The translations under genes and the position numbers were made by a program. Shown here piece after piece: positions 48,877 to 60,400 of a stretch of 64,000 bases of DNA. The notes beneath the pieces were generated by a model. That model saw only the letters and a program-made list of their open reading frames with translations. It had not been told where the DNA came from and did not search any database. How positions within the stretch are numbered: the first letter of the stretch is position 1; each line of letters starts with the position of its first letter. The stretch comes from Bacteroidia bacterium (GTDB taxonomy: Bacteria > Bacteroidota > Bacteroidia > NS11-12g > UBA955), in contig JBGAKR010000003.1 in the NCBI GenBank assembly GCA_044224315.1, positions 172,510-236,509 of the forward strand, read 5' to 3'.

Positions 48877-51235
48877 ATGTGTTTTAGCGCTGCTTTTTTT
48901 TACTTTTACGCTGTTTGCAAAAGCAGAGGAGGGGCATGTATTCAGCATCGATGATTCGGGTTTAATTGTTCAGTTAATTAAAGAAGCCGAAGCTGAAACC
49001 GATTATCAAACGCGCATTGGCAAGGCCCGTGATGCATATTTAACTGCCAAAAGTGTGGCTTTTGAAAGGGGTATGGTTTGGGGCCTCAAATTGCTGATAG
49101 ATGCCCATTTAACCCAACATGAGAATATAGAAGCCCTGCGATATTGTTTTAGCATTTTGCCTTTGCTTGAAAAGTTAAAAAGCCCCGAATTGTCTAAATA
49201 TTATGAAATTACGGGCGATATTTATACACTGGAAAGTATTTATAAAAAAGCCATAGAATATTACGAAAAGGCGGGATGGATAGACGGAAAGCTGATAGAA
49301 AGCAGGGGGTGTAAAATTGTAAATAACGCACTTATCGACCAGAATTATGCAAAAGCGGTAGAGTATTTAAACCTATTAAAAGTACAGGTAAAAACTGCCG
49401 AAATATACGAACAGCTGGGATTTTGCTTGCAAAAATTAAAACAATATCCCGAAGCTATAGCCAATTATAACAAGGCACTGGAGTTGCAACCCAATAATAC
49501 AGCTTTGGTTCAAAACAACCTGGGCTATATTGAATTTAATAACCAGAATTATAAGCAGGCTATAGAACACTTTAAAGCCGCCGAAGCAGCCTCGGATAGC
49601 AGAGCAGAGAAATTAAATGCACTTACCAATCTCAGCATTTCTTTTCAACGCAATGGCGATTTTAATTCCGCGGTAAGCACCATGCAGGAATGTATTTCGC
49701 TGGCGCAAAAGGATCGTACAGAGGATAAGTATCAGCAAATGCTGGCCGATATTTATCTCAACAATGGCGATGCTTATTCGGCACTTACCTACAGCAATCT
49801 GGCTTTGCGCAGCTTTAACCGCAACCCTAAAATTATGGCCAGTGCCTATTTGACCAAAGCACAGGCATTTCAAAAAATTTATGATTTCGAAGGGGCACTT
49901 AGCAATTACAAAATATACCTTACTCTCAACGATTCTATTCTGCTGAGGGAAATTGCAGCCCAACAAAGCCTTACACAAAAATCGGCCGATTTGCAGAAAA
50001 TGGAAAAAGAACTCCGTGAAACCTTGCTCAACGACCAGATTAAATTTTTAAATATTCAACAGTTACAATTAGAGAGTGAAAAACTAAAACTCAACTCCGA
50101 AAAGCTGATGCTGGAGGCAGCCAAGCGCGATGCTGAAATTATAACCCTCAAAAGAGAGCAGGAAGTAAAAGAAGCCAGACTCCAAAATATTGCATTGGAA
50201 AATGATAAAAACCGACAAAAACTGGCACTGGCAGCTCAGGAAATATTAAATAATAATATAAAAAACAAACTAGAAGTATTAAAACAGCAAGAAGAAAAAC
50301 AAAGGCTGCAGTTAATAAATAAAGAAGCCCAGGAAAAGCAACGCTTACAGCAAATATCACTGCTTGAACGCGATAAAAAAATTAGCCTGTTGCAGGCCGA
50401 AAAGCAAAAAGATTTCAAACGCAATACCCTGGTGGCCGGATTGGTGGCCGTTTTGCTGCTGGTATCGGCAGGCATTGGTATTTTTTGGATTCGCAAAAAG
50501 AATAAAATTCTGGCCAAACAAAATATCGATATCGAAAATAAAAACAAACAAATTGAACAAAGTCACGTAATAATTGAGGCTGAGAAACTAAAATCAGATG
50601 GATTGTTGCTCAATATTTTACCCGAAGAAATTGCCCACGAATTAAAAGAAAGGGGTGCAGCAAAGCCCATACATTATGATATGGTTAGCATACTATTTAC
50701 CGATTTTGTGAGCTTTACCCAATATTCAGAAAGGGTTTCAAACGAAAAATTAATTGAAGATTTAAATACTATATTTCAATCTTTTGATGAAATTATAGAT
50801 GAGTTTAATCTCGAAAAAATTAAAACCATTGGCGATAGTTATATGTGCGCTGGTGGCCTTCCAGTGCCTAATACCACCAACCCACTGGATGCTGCTAATG
50901 CTGCCATAAAAATGCGCAATTATATTGAGGAATTTAATAAAAACCGACCCGAAGAAGACCAATTAAAAATAAGGATTGGCATTAATACAGGGCCCTGTGT
51001 GGCAGGTGTGGTGGGTAAACGCAAATTTGCGTATGATATCTGGGGCGACTCGGTAAATACCGCTGCACGCATGGAACAAAGCGGCGAGGCCGGAAGAATT
51101 AATATTTCCGAAAATACTTATGAATTAATCAAAGACCATTTCCATTGCGAATACAGAGGCATGGTAAAGGCTAAAAATAAAGGAGAAATAAAAATGTATT
51201 TTGCCGAGGCCGGAAACCGCGCCGCACATGGTTAA
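48863..51235 (+). CDS. membrane-anchored class III adenylate/guanylate cyclase with a large periplasmic TPR domain and a coiled-coil stalk
   Basis: Signal peptide, TPR repeats, a Q/E/K-rich coiled coil, a transmembrane segment (LVAGLVAVLLLVSAGIGIFWI), then the cyclase catalytic domain (FTDFVSFT...KTIGDSYMCAGGLP...WGDSVNTAARMEQSG). Start overlaps the upstream gene by 14 nt. Confidence 0.8.
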   Translation: MPWNKCVLALLFFTFTLFAKAEEGHVFSIDDSGLIVQLIKEAEAETDYQTRIGKARDAYLTAKSVAFERGMVWGLKLLIDAHLTQHENIEALRYCFSILPLLEKLKSPELSKYYEITGDIYTLESIYKKAIEYYEKAGWIDGKLIESRGCKIVNNALIDQNYAKAVEYLNLLKVQVKTAEIYEQLGFCLQKLKQYPEAIANYNKALELQPNNTALVQNNLGYIEFNNQNYKQAIEHFKAAEAASDSRAEKLNALTNLSISFQRNGDFNSAVSTMQECISLAQKDRTEDKYQQMLADIYLNNGDAYSALTYSNLALRSFNRNPKIMASAYLTKAQAFQKIYDFEGALSNYKIYLTLNDSILLREIAAQQSLTQKSADLQKMEKELRETLLNDQIKFLNIQQLQLESEKLKLNSEKLMLEAAKRDAEIITLKREQEVKEARLQNIALENDKNRQKLALAAQEILNNNIKNKLEVLKQQEEKQRLQLINKEAQEKQRLQQISLLERDKKISLLQAEKQKDFKRNTLVAGLVAVLLLVSAGIGIFWIRKKNKILAKQNIDIENKNKQIEQSHVIIEAEKLKSDGLLLNILPEEIAHELKERGAAKPIHYDMVSILFTDFVSFTQYSERVSNEKLIEDLNTIFQSFDEIIDEFNLEKIKTIGDSYMCAGGLPVPNTTNPLDAANAAIKMRNYIEEFNKNRPEEDQLKIRIGINTGPCVAGVVGKRKFAYDIWGDSVNTAARMEQSGEAGRINISENTYELIKDHFHCEYRGMVKAKNKGEIKMYFAEAGNRAAHG

Positions 51236-51256
51236 TTTATGAAATAGGCAGCTGAC

Positions 51257-51934
51257 TTAGGGTTTAATAGCCCTGAGCATTTCACGTTTTCCCAAAGGCC
51301 CGGGCAGTTTTTGTACAATAAAACCCACAGCTTGTAAATTCCGTCTCACCTCACCCTTGGCGCAATAGGTTACCAGTACGCCCCCATTTTTTAAACAATT
51401 GAAAGCATGTTGCATTAAAGATTTTTTCCAGATTTCGGGCTGCACGCTGGGAGCAAATGCATCATAGTAAATTAGGTCAAATGCTTGTGTTGGGCTAAAA
51501 TTTTCAAAATGTTGTTGTAATTTTTGAAAATGAAAATTATTGGTAATTCCTGTTTCTTTGTTCCACTTTGCTTGCTGTATAGATTCCCACAATCTAATTA
51601 GAGCTGCATTTTCTGAAATCTGCTGCGGAATCGGATATAAACCAGATGGGATAGGGGTAGTATCTAATCCGGTATAAGAAATTTGCTGCTGGTCTTGAAT
51701 ACTAATAGCCGTTAAAAATGCATTTAATCCGGTACCAAAACCAATTTCAAGAATAGTTAAATGCTGGCTATCTTTAAAATATTTGAATCCGGCATCTACA
51801 TATACGTGCATACTTTCATTCCATGCGCCAAATTTGCTGTGGTAGGTTTCATTTAAATCTTTGCGCAGCAAGGTAAAACTACCATCGGCAGTGGGCAATA
51901 TTTGTATATTTTCTGAATTATCTGCGTTTTTCAT
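51257..51934 (-). CDS. tRNA 5-methylaminomethyl-2-thiouridine biosynthesis methyltransferase MnmD-like (DUF752 / MnmC methyltransferase-domain homologue)
   Basis: SAM-methyltransferase pattern ILEIGFGTGLNAFLT and a DFDLIYYDAFAPSVQPEIW-type region, as in the MnmC N-terminal domain. Confidence 0.6.
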   Translation of the reverse strand: MKNADNSENIQILPTADGSFTLLRKDLNETYHSKFGAWNESMHVYVDAGFKYFKDSQHLTILEIGFGTGLNAFLTAISIQDQQQISYTGLDTTPIPSGLYPIPQQISENAALIRLWESIQQAKWNKETGITNNFHFQKLQQHFENFSPTQAFDLIYYDAFAPSVQPEIWKKSLMQHAFNCLKNGGVLVTYCAKGEVRRNLQAVGFIVQKLPGPLGKREMLRAIKP

Positions 51935-53189
51935 CTACCTTCAAAAAGGTAAATAACAATAGAGTAAAGGCCCACATACTGCTGCCTCCAAAACTTACAA
52001 AAGGCAGGGGAATGCCTATTACAGGTACAATCCCGATGGTCATACCCACATTAATGGCTACATGAAAAAATAGTATACAGGCTACCGAATAGCCTAGTAC
52101 CCTTCCAAAAACCGTACTCTGTCGTTCGGCCAATATAGCTATCCGCAAAAGCAGCCCGAAATAGAGCAGAAAAAACACCGAAACACCGGCAAAACCCCAT
52201 TCTTCGCCTATGGTACAAAATATAAAGTCGGTATGCTGTTCCGGTACAAACCCCATTTTGGTTTGGGTACCTTTTAAATAACCCCGCCCGGTCCATTTGC
52301 CAGCCCCAATGGCTATTTTACTCTGCTCGAGGTTATAACCCATCCCTTTGGTATCCTGCTTCAGGCCTAATACCAGTTCAATGCGGTCGCGCTGATAGTT
52401 TTTTAATACTTTACCATACGCAATGCTTACACCATAAGAAAAGCCGGCTGAAATTGCTGTAACAATGGCCACTGCTACAATAAATTGGGTGTTCTTACGT
52501 CCAAAATAAATAAGAATCAGGGATATGGTTCCAAGTATACCTCCCATCCACCAAAGGGGAATTCCTTTTGCTTCAAGAATAATGGCAGCTATACCTAAAA
52601 TACCCATCCACAAGGCACTAAGCAATATCCATCCAGGCAATCCTTCGCGGTACAATACCAAAAAGAAACACAAAAAAACCAGGGCCGATCCGGTGTCGTT
52701 CTGCACCAGAATGATGGCCATGGGTAGCATAAAAATGAATAAAGCGGTAAGCACATTCTTTCGGCCCTTAAACTTTATTCCATAGGTACCTAAAAACTTG
52801 GCCATGGCCAATGCTGTCCCTACTTTGGCGAATTCAGAGGGTTGCAATCCCACGCCCCCAAATCCAAACCAGCTTTTGGCTCCGCTAACTTCTTTTCCTA
52901 AAAAAATTACTGCAATATTTAATACAATCGTAATGGCATAAAAACCATAAGCGAAATAATCAATGGCGGCTACGTTGGCAAAAGCAATGGTAAGGATAAT
53001 AATGATGGCCCCGCCAATCCAGATTAACTGACGGCCGGCGGTGGAAGAAAATGACAATTTAAAAGGTTGGTTAACATCGGCTGTGGCCGAGTAAATACTC
53101 AATAAACCTATCAATACCAGCAATACGTAAATCCATACACTTATGGTGTCTAAGTGCGGATTTTCGCTGGTATTGTTTCGGCTGCTCAC
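51918..53189 (-). CDS. rodA: rod-shape-determining protein RodA (SEDS family peptidoglycan glycosyltransferase)
   Basis: 423-aa polytopic FtsW/RodA-family protein immediately downstream of mrdA in the mre cluster. Confidence 0.85.
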   Translation of the reverse strand: MSSRNNTSENPHLDTISVWIYVLLVLIGLLSIYSATADVNQPFKLSFSSTAGRQLIWIGGAIIIILTIAFANVAAIDYFAYGFYAITIVLNIAVIFLGKEVSGAKSWFGFGGVGLQPSEFAKVGTALAMAKFLGTYGIKFKGRKNVLTALFIFMLPMAIILVQNDTGSALVFLCFFLVLYREGLPGWILLSALWMGILGIAAIILEAKGIPLWWMGGILGTISLILIYFGRKNTQFIVAVAIVTAISAGFSYGVSIAYGKVLKNYQRDRIELVLGLKQDTKGMGYNLEQSKIAIGAGKWTGRGYLKGTQTKMGFVPEQHTDFIFCTIGEEWGFAGVSVFFLLYFGLLLRIAILAERQSTVFGRVLGYSVACILFFHVAINVGMTIGIVPVIGIPLPFVSFGGSSMWAFTLLLFTFLKVDEKRR

Positions 53190-55030
53190 TGGGCAACAAC
53201 CCCTTTCAGCATTTGATCTAAAAGGCCAGGTGCCTGGGTTTCCTTGCCTTTATTTAGGTAATGTTCTATCATTAAATTGCTGATAGGTGCGGCCCATGTG
53301 GCGCCATAACCTCCATTTTCAACGATTACAGCAATGGCAATTTTTGGATGATCGCGGGGTGCAAAAGCAATAAACAAAGAGTGGTCTTTGCCATGTGGAT
53401 TTTGCGCAGTTCCGGTTTTACCGCAGATTTCAATTCCAGGTATTCCTGTGCCCCAGGCTGTGCCGCCGGGTTTTGTTACCATGGCCATACCGCTTATCAC
53501 CTTTTCAAATTGCCCTGTATCTACGGTTGTAAAGTGTTTGGTGCGGTATTGTTCGGGTATATCCTTCTTTTGACCTATTCCCCTTACCAGATGCGGAATA
53601 AAGTAGTATCCATGGTTGGCAATAATAGCTGCGCAATTGGCCATTTGCAGCGGGGTAAGCAATATCTCTCCCTGTCCTATGGCCAGTGATATAATCATGC
53701 TGCTCTTCCAACTGCTGCCATGCCTGCGGTCTAATTGTTTTAAGCTGGGTACATTCCCTCCGTTTTCGCCGGGCAAATCAATTCCTAATGGGCTTCCCAG
53801 ACCAAAACTACGAAGGTGTTTTTCAAGGCTGGCATACCCCGATTTAACATTGGTGTACCCCGGATTGTCTATAATATCTCGAAAAACCTGGCAGAAATAG
53901 GCATTGCACGATATAGTAATGGCACCTTTCAAATCCAAGGGCGACCCGTGGGGGTGACAACCCACAGTCAGACTTCCCAAATGGTATCCTCCAAAACAGC
54001 CATGCATGGTGGAGGGTTGTAAAACACCTTCCTGCAAACCTATGGCCGCCATAACCGTTTTAAAGGTAGATCCAGGCGGGTAGGTGCCTTTTATGGCTCG
54101 ATTATACAATGGTTTGCGTGGATCGGTTACCAGGGCCTTAAATTCCTTTGCACGGGTTTCGCCTACCAGCATATTGGGGTCATAATCGGGTTTGTTTACC
54201 AAAGCCAATACCTCACCGGTAGAAGGCTCTATGGCCACAATGCTGCCACGCTTATTTGAAAGTAGTTTTTCTCCAAATTCCTGTAAATCAAAATCGATGG
54301 ATGAGTATACATCCGGACCTGCCTCTGCAGGGTAGTTAAATTCATTGTCTTTAACCACGCCGCGTTCTACATAGGTTCGGTCTTGCCATACAGTGCGTAT
54401 GCCTTTGGTACCTCGAATATACTTTTCGTAGGTTTTTTCAATACCGGTAATTCCAACCAAATCTCCCGGCCTGTAATAGGTGGGGTCGTCTTTAAGAAAT
54501 TTTTCTGAAATCTCACCCAAATAGCCTAGCACGTGTGCACCGCCTTTTACCGCGTATAACCTATCGGTTTTGGGCTCTATATAAAATCCGTTAAACCGGT
54601 ATAAATTCTCCTGCAAAGCGGCATACTGATTCTTACTGAGGTTGGCCATAAACACTGCCGATTTGTTATAGGCATTGTTTTTCTGGCGTTTTTGCGCGTT
54701 GGCCAGGGATACTTTCATGCGCGATTTAAATTCATCGCGGGTAATGCCCAAAATGGTACAAAACTCATTGGTATCGAGGTTTTTTACTTCTTTCGGAAAA
54801 ACCAACAAGTCAAAAATGGCAATATTATATACCATCAGTTTGCCGTTTCGGTCATAAATAATACTGCGGGCAGGGTAGAGGGTAATTTTATTCAGGGCAT
54901 TGTTTACCGCCCTTTGCTCGTATTGTTTATTTAAAATTTGCAGCGAAAAAATTTTGCCCAAATACACCAGGGCAATGACAACAAACAAAATAATATAAAC
55001 CAATCTGCGGTTGCTGCTCTGGGTGCTCAT
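53186..55030 (-). CDS. mrdA: penicillin-binding protein 2 (peptidoglycan D,D-transpeptidase MrdA)
   Basis: N-terminal membrane anchor. Transpeptidase motifs STFK, SCN and KTG (CGKTGTAQ). Confidence 0.9.
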   Translation of the reverse strand: MSTQSSNRRLVYIILFVVIALVYLGKIFSLQILNKQYEQRAVNNALNKITLYPARSIIYDRNGKLMVYNIAIFDLLVFPKEVKNLDTNEFCTILGITRDEFKSRMKVSLANAQKRQKNNAYNKSAVFMANLSKNQYAALQENLYRFNGFYIEPKTDRLYAVKGGAHVLGYLGEISEKFLKDDPTYYRPGDLVGITGIEKTYEKYIRGTKGIRTVWQDRTYVERGVVKDNEFNYPAEAGPDVYSSIDFDLQEFGEKLLSNKRGSIVAIEPSTGEVLALVNKPDYDPNMLVGETRAKEFKALVTDPRKPLYNRAIKGTYPPGSTFKTVMAAIGLQEGVLQPSTMHGCFGGYHLGSLTVGCHPHGSPLDLKGAITISCNAYFCQVFRDIIDNPGYTNVKSGYASLEKHLRSFGLGSPLGIDLPGENGGNVPSLKQLDRRHGSSWKSSMIISLAIGQGEILLTPLQMANCAAIIANHGYYFIPHLVRGIGQKKDIPEQYRTKHFTTVDTGQFEKVISGMAMVTKPGGTAWGTGIPGIEICGKTGTAQNPHGKDHSLFIAFAPRDHPKIAIAVIVENGGYGATWAAPISNLMIEHYLNKGKETQAPGLLDQMLKGVVAQ

Positions 55031-55038
55031 GGCTGCTC

Positions 55039-55548
55039 TTATCGCGGGTTAAAAATGCGGAATAGCAAAATAAAGAGAATTGTGGCAATACTGCTAAGAA
55101 TGGTTACCAACAATGCGGTAAATAGTGATACCCATTGAAAATAATCCAAAACAAAAAATATTAAATGGTGAATGAGTATGAAAATACTAATGTAGCGCAG
55201 AAAAAAAGTATTGCCCTTATAGGCCGGGGTAACATAATTATACCCCTGCAATTGAATGGCATCGGTATCTAAAAACCATTGGTCGGCATAGATTTTCATA
55301 AAACACATGGCTGTAGCTGCTGCTGCATGCATACCATAACAATTGGTAATACGGTCTAATACAAAACCCAGAAAAAATGCAATGAACAATTTCATAAATC
55401 GGTTCATTGAAAAAGGCAGAATGAATATCAGATATACATAGGGCATGGGTTGTACCCAAGTACCAAAATTGATTTGCTCAAGCAAAAAAAACTGCAATGC
55501 CAGCAGCAATAAACCAATGCCGATATATCGCAAACTATCTAGGAACAT
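55039..55548 (-). CDS. mreD: rod-shape-determining protein MreD
   Basis: 169-aa polytopic membrane protein between mreC and mrdA. Confidence 0.75.
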   Translation of the reverse strand: MFLDSLRYIGIGLLLLALQFFLLEQINFGTWVQPMPYVYLIFILPFSMNRFMKLFIAFFLGFVLDRITNCYGMHAAAATAMCFMKIYADQWFLDTDAIQLQGYNYVTPAYKGNTFFLRYISIFILIHHLIFFVLDYFQWVSLFTALLVTILSSIATILFILLFRIFNPR

Positions 55549-56377
55549 TGGTGTTTTCGCGGGCGTTTAGGGTGTCTAACTGGGGTTGAAAATGATCGGT
55601 TACCACATACAAATATTGTAATTTGGTAAAATCAGTGGCGAGTTTTAAATCTATATCGTAAAAACTGCTGGTACTCTTTTTTTCAATTTTACTAATGGTG
55701 CCAATCGGAATGCCAGGTGGAAATTTTACCGAATAATTGCTGGTAACAACCTGCATCCCTACTTTTATTTTTTCAAATTTATTGATGTTGTTTAATTGGG
55801 CCAATCGGGGGTCGCCACCATCCCAGGTTACAGAACCTTCTCTAATATTTAGTTCAGGCAGCATAGGTGTAGCGGTAAACTGGCTGCTTAAAACAGATAA
55901 TACCAAGGCAAAATTATCGGTAACGTCAAACACAAATCCAGCTATTCCTGAGGGAGATATTACAGCCATACCCTTTTTAACCCCGCTTAAACTGCCTTTA
56001 TCAATCGTAATAAAATTATTTCTACGGGTAGTACCACTTTTAATTACACCACAAACTATGTATGAGTATCTTTTAACCCCATGGCTGTCTTTCAGCGTTT
56101 GATGAGAGGTGTCTACAACTACCAGATTGGTTTTGGCACCATTTTTAAGTCGTAAATTCTCCTCGGCCAATGCTTGGTTCACTTCTTTAAGTCCAAAATA
56201 CGATGTGACTGACGATTGCATGCGTGCAGCGCTGTTCAATACAACATTGGATGTATTAAAATAAAAACTTTCCTGGTAAAGATTAAACTGAACTACCTGT
56301 AAAACCGAAATTCCGAAGAGAACAATAAATGTTATCGGGAATAGATTATTCCGCAGTAAACGGAACAGATAGAACAT
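55535..56377 (-). CDS. mreC: rod-shape-determining protein MreC
   Basis: 280 aa: N-terminal transmembrane segment, coiled coil and beta-rich C-terminus, downstream of mreB. Confidence 0.8.
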   Translation of the reverse strand: MFYLFRLLRNNLFPITFIVLFGISVLQVVQFNLYQESFYFNTSNVVLNSAARMQSSVTSYFGLKEVNQALAEENLRLKNGAKTNLVVVDTSHQTLKDSHGVKRYSYIVCGVIKSGTTRRNNFITIDKGSLSGVKKGMAVISPSGIAGFVFDVTDNFALVLSVLSSQFTATPMLPELNIREGSVTWDGGDPRLAQLNNINKFEKIKVGMQVVTSNYSVKFPPGIPIGTISKIEKKSTSSFYDIDLKLATDFTKLQYLYVVTDHFQPQLDTLNARENTNVPR

Positions 56378-56389
56378 AGATCAGGGAAT

Positions 56390-57415
56390 TTATGCGGTCA
56401 TTAAAAACTTAAACTTCCCTATGTTTTTAAGTGCAATCCCTGTTCCGCGAACAACGGCTCTCAGCGGATCTTCGGCAATCTGCACTTTTAATTTGGTTTT
56501 GGCTGAAATGCGCTTGTCTAAACCGCGCAATAATGCACCCCCACCTGTGAGCCAAATACCATTACCCAAAATATCAGCACTCAACTCTGGCGGTGATTGC
56601 TCCAATGCACGCAAAATGGCTTCCTCAATTTTCATGATGCTTTTATCCAGCGAACGGGCAATTTCACTGTAACTAACCATGATTTGCTTGGGAATACCGG
56701 TCATCAAATCTCTGCCAAATACGGCATAATCATCTGGAGGTGTATCTAACTCCTGCAGGGCACTGCCTATGTTAATCTTGATTTTTTCAGCGGTACGTTC
56801 ACCAATCAGCAAATTGTGCTCACGACGCATGTATTCTACAATGTCCAGGTTAAATTCATCACCGGCTACGCGAATACTTTCATCGCAAACAATACCGCCC
56901 AGCGCAATAATCGCAATCTCGGTGGTACCACCCCCAATATCAATAATCATATTACCCGAGGGTTGGGTAACATCTATTCCAATTCCCACAGCAGCCGCCA
57001 TAGGCTCGTGAATGAGGTAAACTTCTTTGGCACCACTACGTTCGGCAGAGTCTTTTACTGCGCGTTTTTCAACTTCGGTAATACCGCTGGGAATGCAAAT
57101 TACCATTTTAAGCTGTGGAGAAATCCAACGCTGTTTTTGGTTCATCATTTTAATCATGCCCCGGATCATATGCTCCGCTGCCTGAAAATCTGCAATTACA
57201 CCATCTTTCAATGGTCGGATGGTTTTAATTCCTTCGTTTTCCTTCCCAAACATTTGCATGGCTTCCTTGCCAATTGCAATTACATTGCCTGTACTTTTTT
57301 CAAGTGCGATTATGGATGGCTCATCCACCACCACTTTGTCTTTAAAGATGATGAGGGTATTTGCAGTGCCAAGGTCTATTGCCAGCTCTTGCGTTAGAAA
57401 ACTAAATATGCCCAT
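56390..57415 (-). CDS. mreB: rod-shape-determining protein MreB (actin homologue)
   Basis: IDLGTANTLI phosphate-1 motif, DIGGGTTEIA phosphate-2 motif, 341 aa. Confidence 0.95.
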   Translation of the reverse strand: MGIFSFLTQELAIDLGTANTLIIFKDKVVVDEPSIIALEKSTGNVIAIGKEAMQMFGKENEGIKTIRPLKDGVIADFQAAEHMIRGMIKMMNQKQRWISPQLKMVICIPSGITEVEKRAVKDSAERSGAKEVYLIHEPMAAAVGIGIDVTQPSGNMIIDIGGGTTEIAIIALGGIVCDESIRVAGDEFNLDIVEYMRREHNLLIGERTAEKIKINIGSALQELDTPPDDYAVFGRDLMTGIPKQIMVSYSEIARSLDKSIMKIEEAILRALEQSPPELSADILGNGIWLTGGGALLRGLDKRISAKTKLKVQIAEDPLRAVVRGTGIALKNIGKFKFLMTA

Positions 57416-57499
57416 GAAAAACGTACGGTATTTTGGTTGCGCAAAATAAACGTAAAATTGCCTTGAATCACAGTGCTGTCCAGTTTTTTTATCAAATTG

Positions 57500-60400
57500 T
57501 TAAAAATCAAAGCCCAGCGACAAATAATTCATAGGGCTGTTCCACTGTTTTTCCAAGTATCCACGGGCATGATCGTATTTTATAAAATAACCCAAAACCC
57601 TGGTTCTTACTCCATATCCCAAACCAACCACCCAAGGGTTGCGCTGCGAAGTGATACTTAAACTGTAATTGGGTGTTGAAAGGTAAACCGTATTAAATGG
57701 ATTTTGTGGGTCGGCCGGACTTTTTCCGTTAAATGCAGTTCCTACATCGCAAAGCGCAATCAGCGTAAAATTGCGCATAAACTCACTTTCCAATGGTTTT
57801 TTTCGGATCATGGCAAAAATGGGTACCCTGAATTCTGAATTTAACAATGCAAAATTGCTACCCATGCGCACGCCCCTGTAAAAGCCCCGCATATTGCCTA
57901 CCCATTGTTGAAATACATATTGGTCTCCATTCAGGAAAATTGGATCTTTCGGAAACTGGGTTTTGGAGGTCCAGTTTTCAACAGCCCCTAAATAATTTGC
58001 AATTTTTCCGGCAGATAGGGAGTATAGGCCGGTTAGTTTATTGGCCCATACCATTCCACGTTTTACGGGTAAATACCAGCGAGCATCAATAAACAGGTTG
58101 GTTACATTAATGGCAGTGTTATTTAGCCTGCGTGCAAAATCAAGCCCTGTTTTCAGGCGATATCCATTTACCCGGTTCAATCCAAGCGCGGTGGTATTGT
58201 CATAAATAAACTCAAATTTACCTGTAATAAAATAATCATTTTTATCGGGTATGTTTAATACATTTTTCTCAGATACCTTGGCACTAAGTAATTCTCTTCG
58301 ACCTCCGCCAGATAAAGCAAAACGTGCATTTTCAGTAATGGGATAACTAAGGGTATAACTGCCCAGAATACTCAGATTTTGCATCAGTTTATTTGCACGG
58401 TCTTCGTATTTACGACTATGGCGCGACAACTGAATGTCGTGATCGAATCGGTATTTTAATAGTGAAAAACGTGTAATGTAATCGGTATTATAAAAATCCA
58501 AACTGGTGCGCACACCGGCTTCTATTACATAATTCTTCAACAAATCACTTAGGGATACTTTAACAAAAGGCATTAACCAAGGATTTCGCAGTGTTTCGTG
58601 TTTAATACGGTTGCTGTATGCATAGGTGCCCAAAACCCTGTTGTCTACCTGCGATAATAAAAACTCAGGTTGCAGCGAATTAAGAAAATTTACTTTTTTG
58701 AAATGCTGATCACTCACCACCGAATCTGCAGGTGTATAGCTCTGGTAATCTTTTTTAGGAAAACCAGTTTGAAAAGTGTAGTTTTTATTTATTGAGTCTA
58801 TAAAAGTACGTCGGGTACTATCATCCACCCCGGGCTCATTGATAGTATGCAAGTTGCGTATGCTGAAAATACTATCCAAATCCTGGATTTTAACTTTCCA
58901 TGGCAATGTTTTCACATTTACCGATTCAGATACCGGATTGTCTGGAACCTCACCCGTAAAAATAATATACTTGCCGTTTAACAAAATCATTTCGGCAGTA
59001 ATCTTTCTGTTTAACGCAAGGTTCTGGCCTTCTAATCCTCTGCTGTAATTGGTTTGTGCAAAGGTTTGAAAACCCGAATCGGCATGTACCACCCATGCAT
59101 TATTCAACCCGTTAATATCACAAACATAGCCTGTAACAGAAGCGGAATAACTGATGGGGTCGCTTACATTTACATTTTGGGTATAATGGGTGAGGGGTAT
59201 GATAATCCCATTGGTATACCTGAATAAATTGTAAATCCCACTGGCAAAATTTTGCACTGTGTCACCCTCCAATTGGCGGTTTGAAACAAAAAGTACGGAT
59301 CCATCCTCTGTGGCAATTGCATCATGATCAAAATAAAAATCGGAGGTGAGGGTTTCAAATTTTCCAGTAATTTTATTGTACACATAAATATCGCATTTAC
59401 CCGCCTTCACCGCAGAAAACAGAATGTTGGCATTATCAGGGAAAAACGAAAAATCATTGAGTCCGGAAAAAGCTGAAAAATCTATTTTTAAATCAGTATG
59501 GCTGCCATTATTGAATTTTAACAGCCGGTATAAACCTGTTTCAAATATCAGAGCATGCAATTGGCCCTCTTTATTCCAGGCTATTTTCGGAAATTGATAA
59601 TCCGGTAATTGGTTTAATACTTTTAAACCACCGCTGTATATATGCTTGATATTGCCTTTTTGCAGGTTGTACACCCAAATGTCAAACCGGCCATTATCAT
59701 TGGTTACAATTGCCACCCTGGTTCCATCGGGGCTAAGCGCAAAATCGGTATTGCGCTTGCCCGATATTTTATCTGGCACATTGGATTTTCCCTTTGGCAA
59801 TTGTTGGCTAAGGTCGGTATGTATTTCGGCCTGGTAAAAACTGCGCCATTCTGCCAGGAACTCGTTCATCGTTTTTTTGGTGTGAAAATAGATAGCCGAT
59901 TCTGCACTGTGGGTATAGCGGGCAATAAATACAATGGTACTAACCGATTCTGCTCCGTATTTTTCTACAAGATAACGCCAAATTCCAACGCCGGCAAGGG
60001 TGTTTTCTTCAGCAGTAAGTAAATTAAAATTCCGAAACCCGTGATTATCCATCGCATCTCTGAATCGGGTTTCTGTTTCGGCATTCCAGCTTTCAGCTAA
60101 AAATTGCGATAAACCTGCCGTAAACCATACAGGCAGTGCCGCCGAACGCACTCTTTCAAACCGATCTTGCAATGAACCCCCATAAATCATTTCGCGCAGC
60201 AGAATTTCACAAACAGCACGGGTAAGTTGCTTGGTGAGATAATTGTAATCTCCATTGAAATAAACTGTATTTACATCATTGGGAATGAGCAGGTAACCGC
60301 CGCTGTTCATTTGCGGGTTTGTATAACCCACATTACTCTGCCGGTAATCATTCAGGTTGCTGAAAACCATAATCTGCATGGTTCCACCATATTTGTACGA

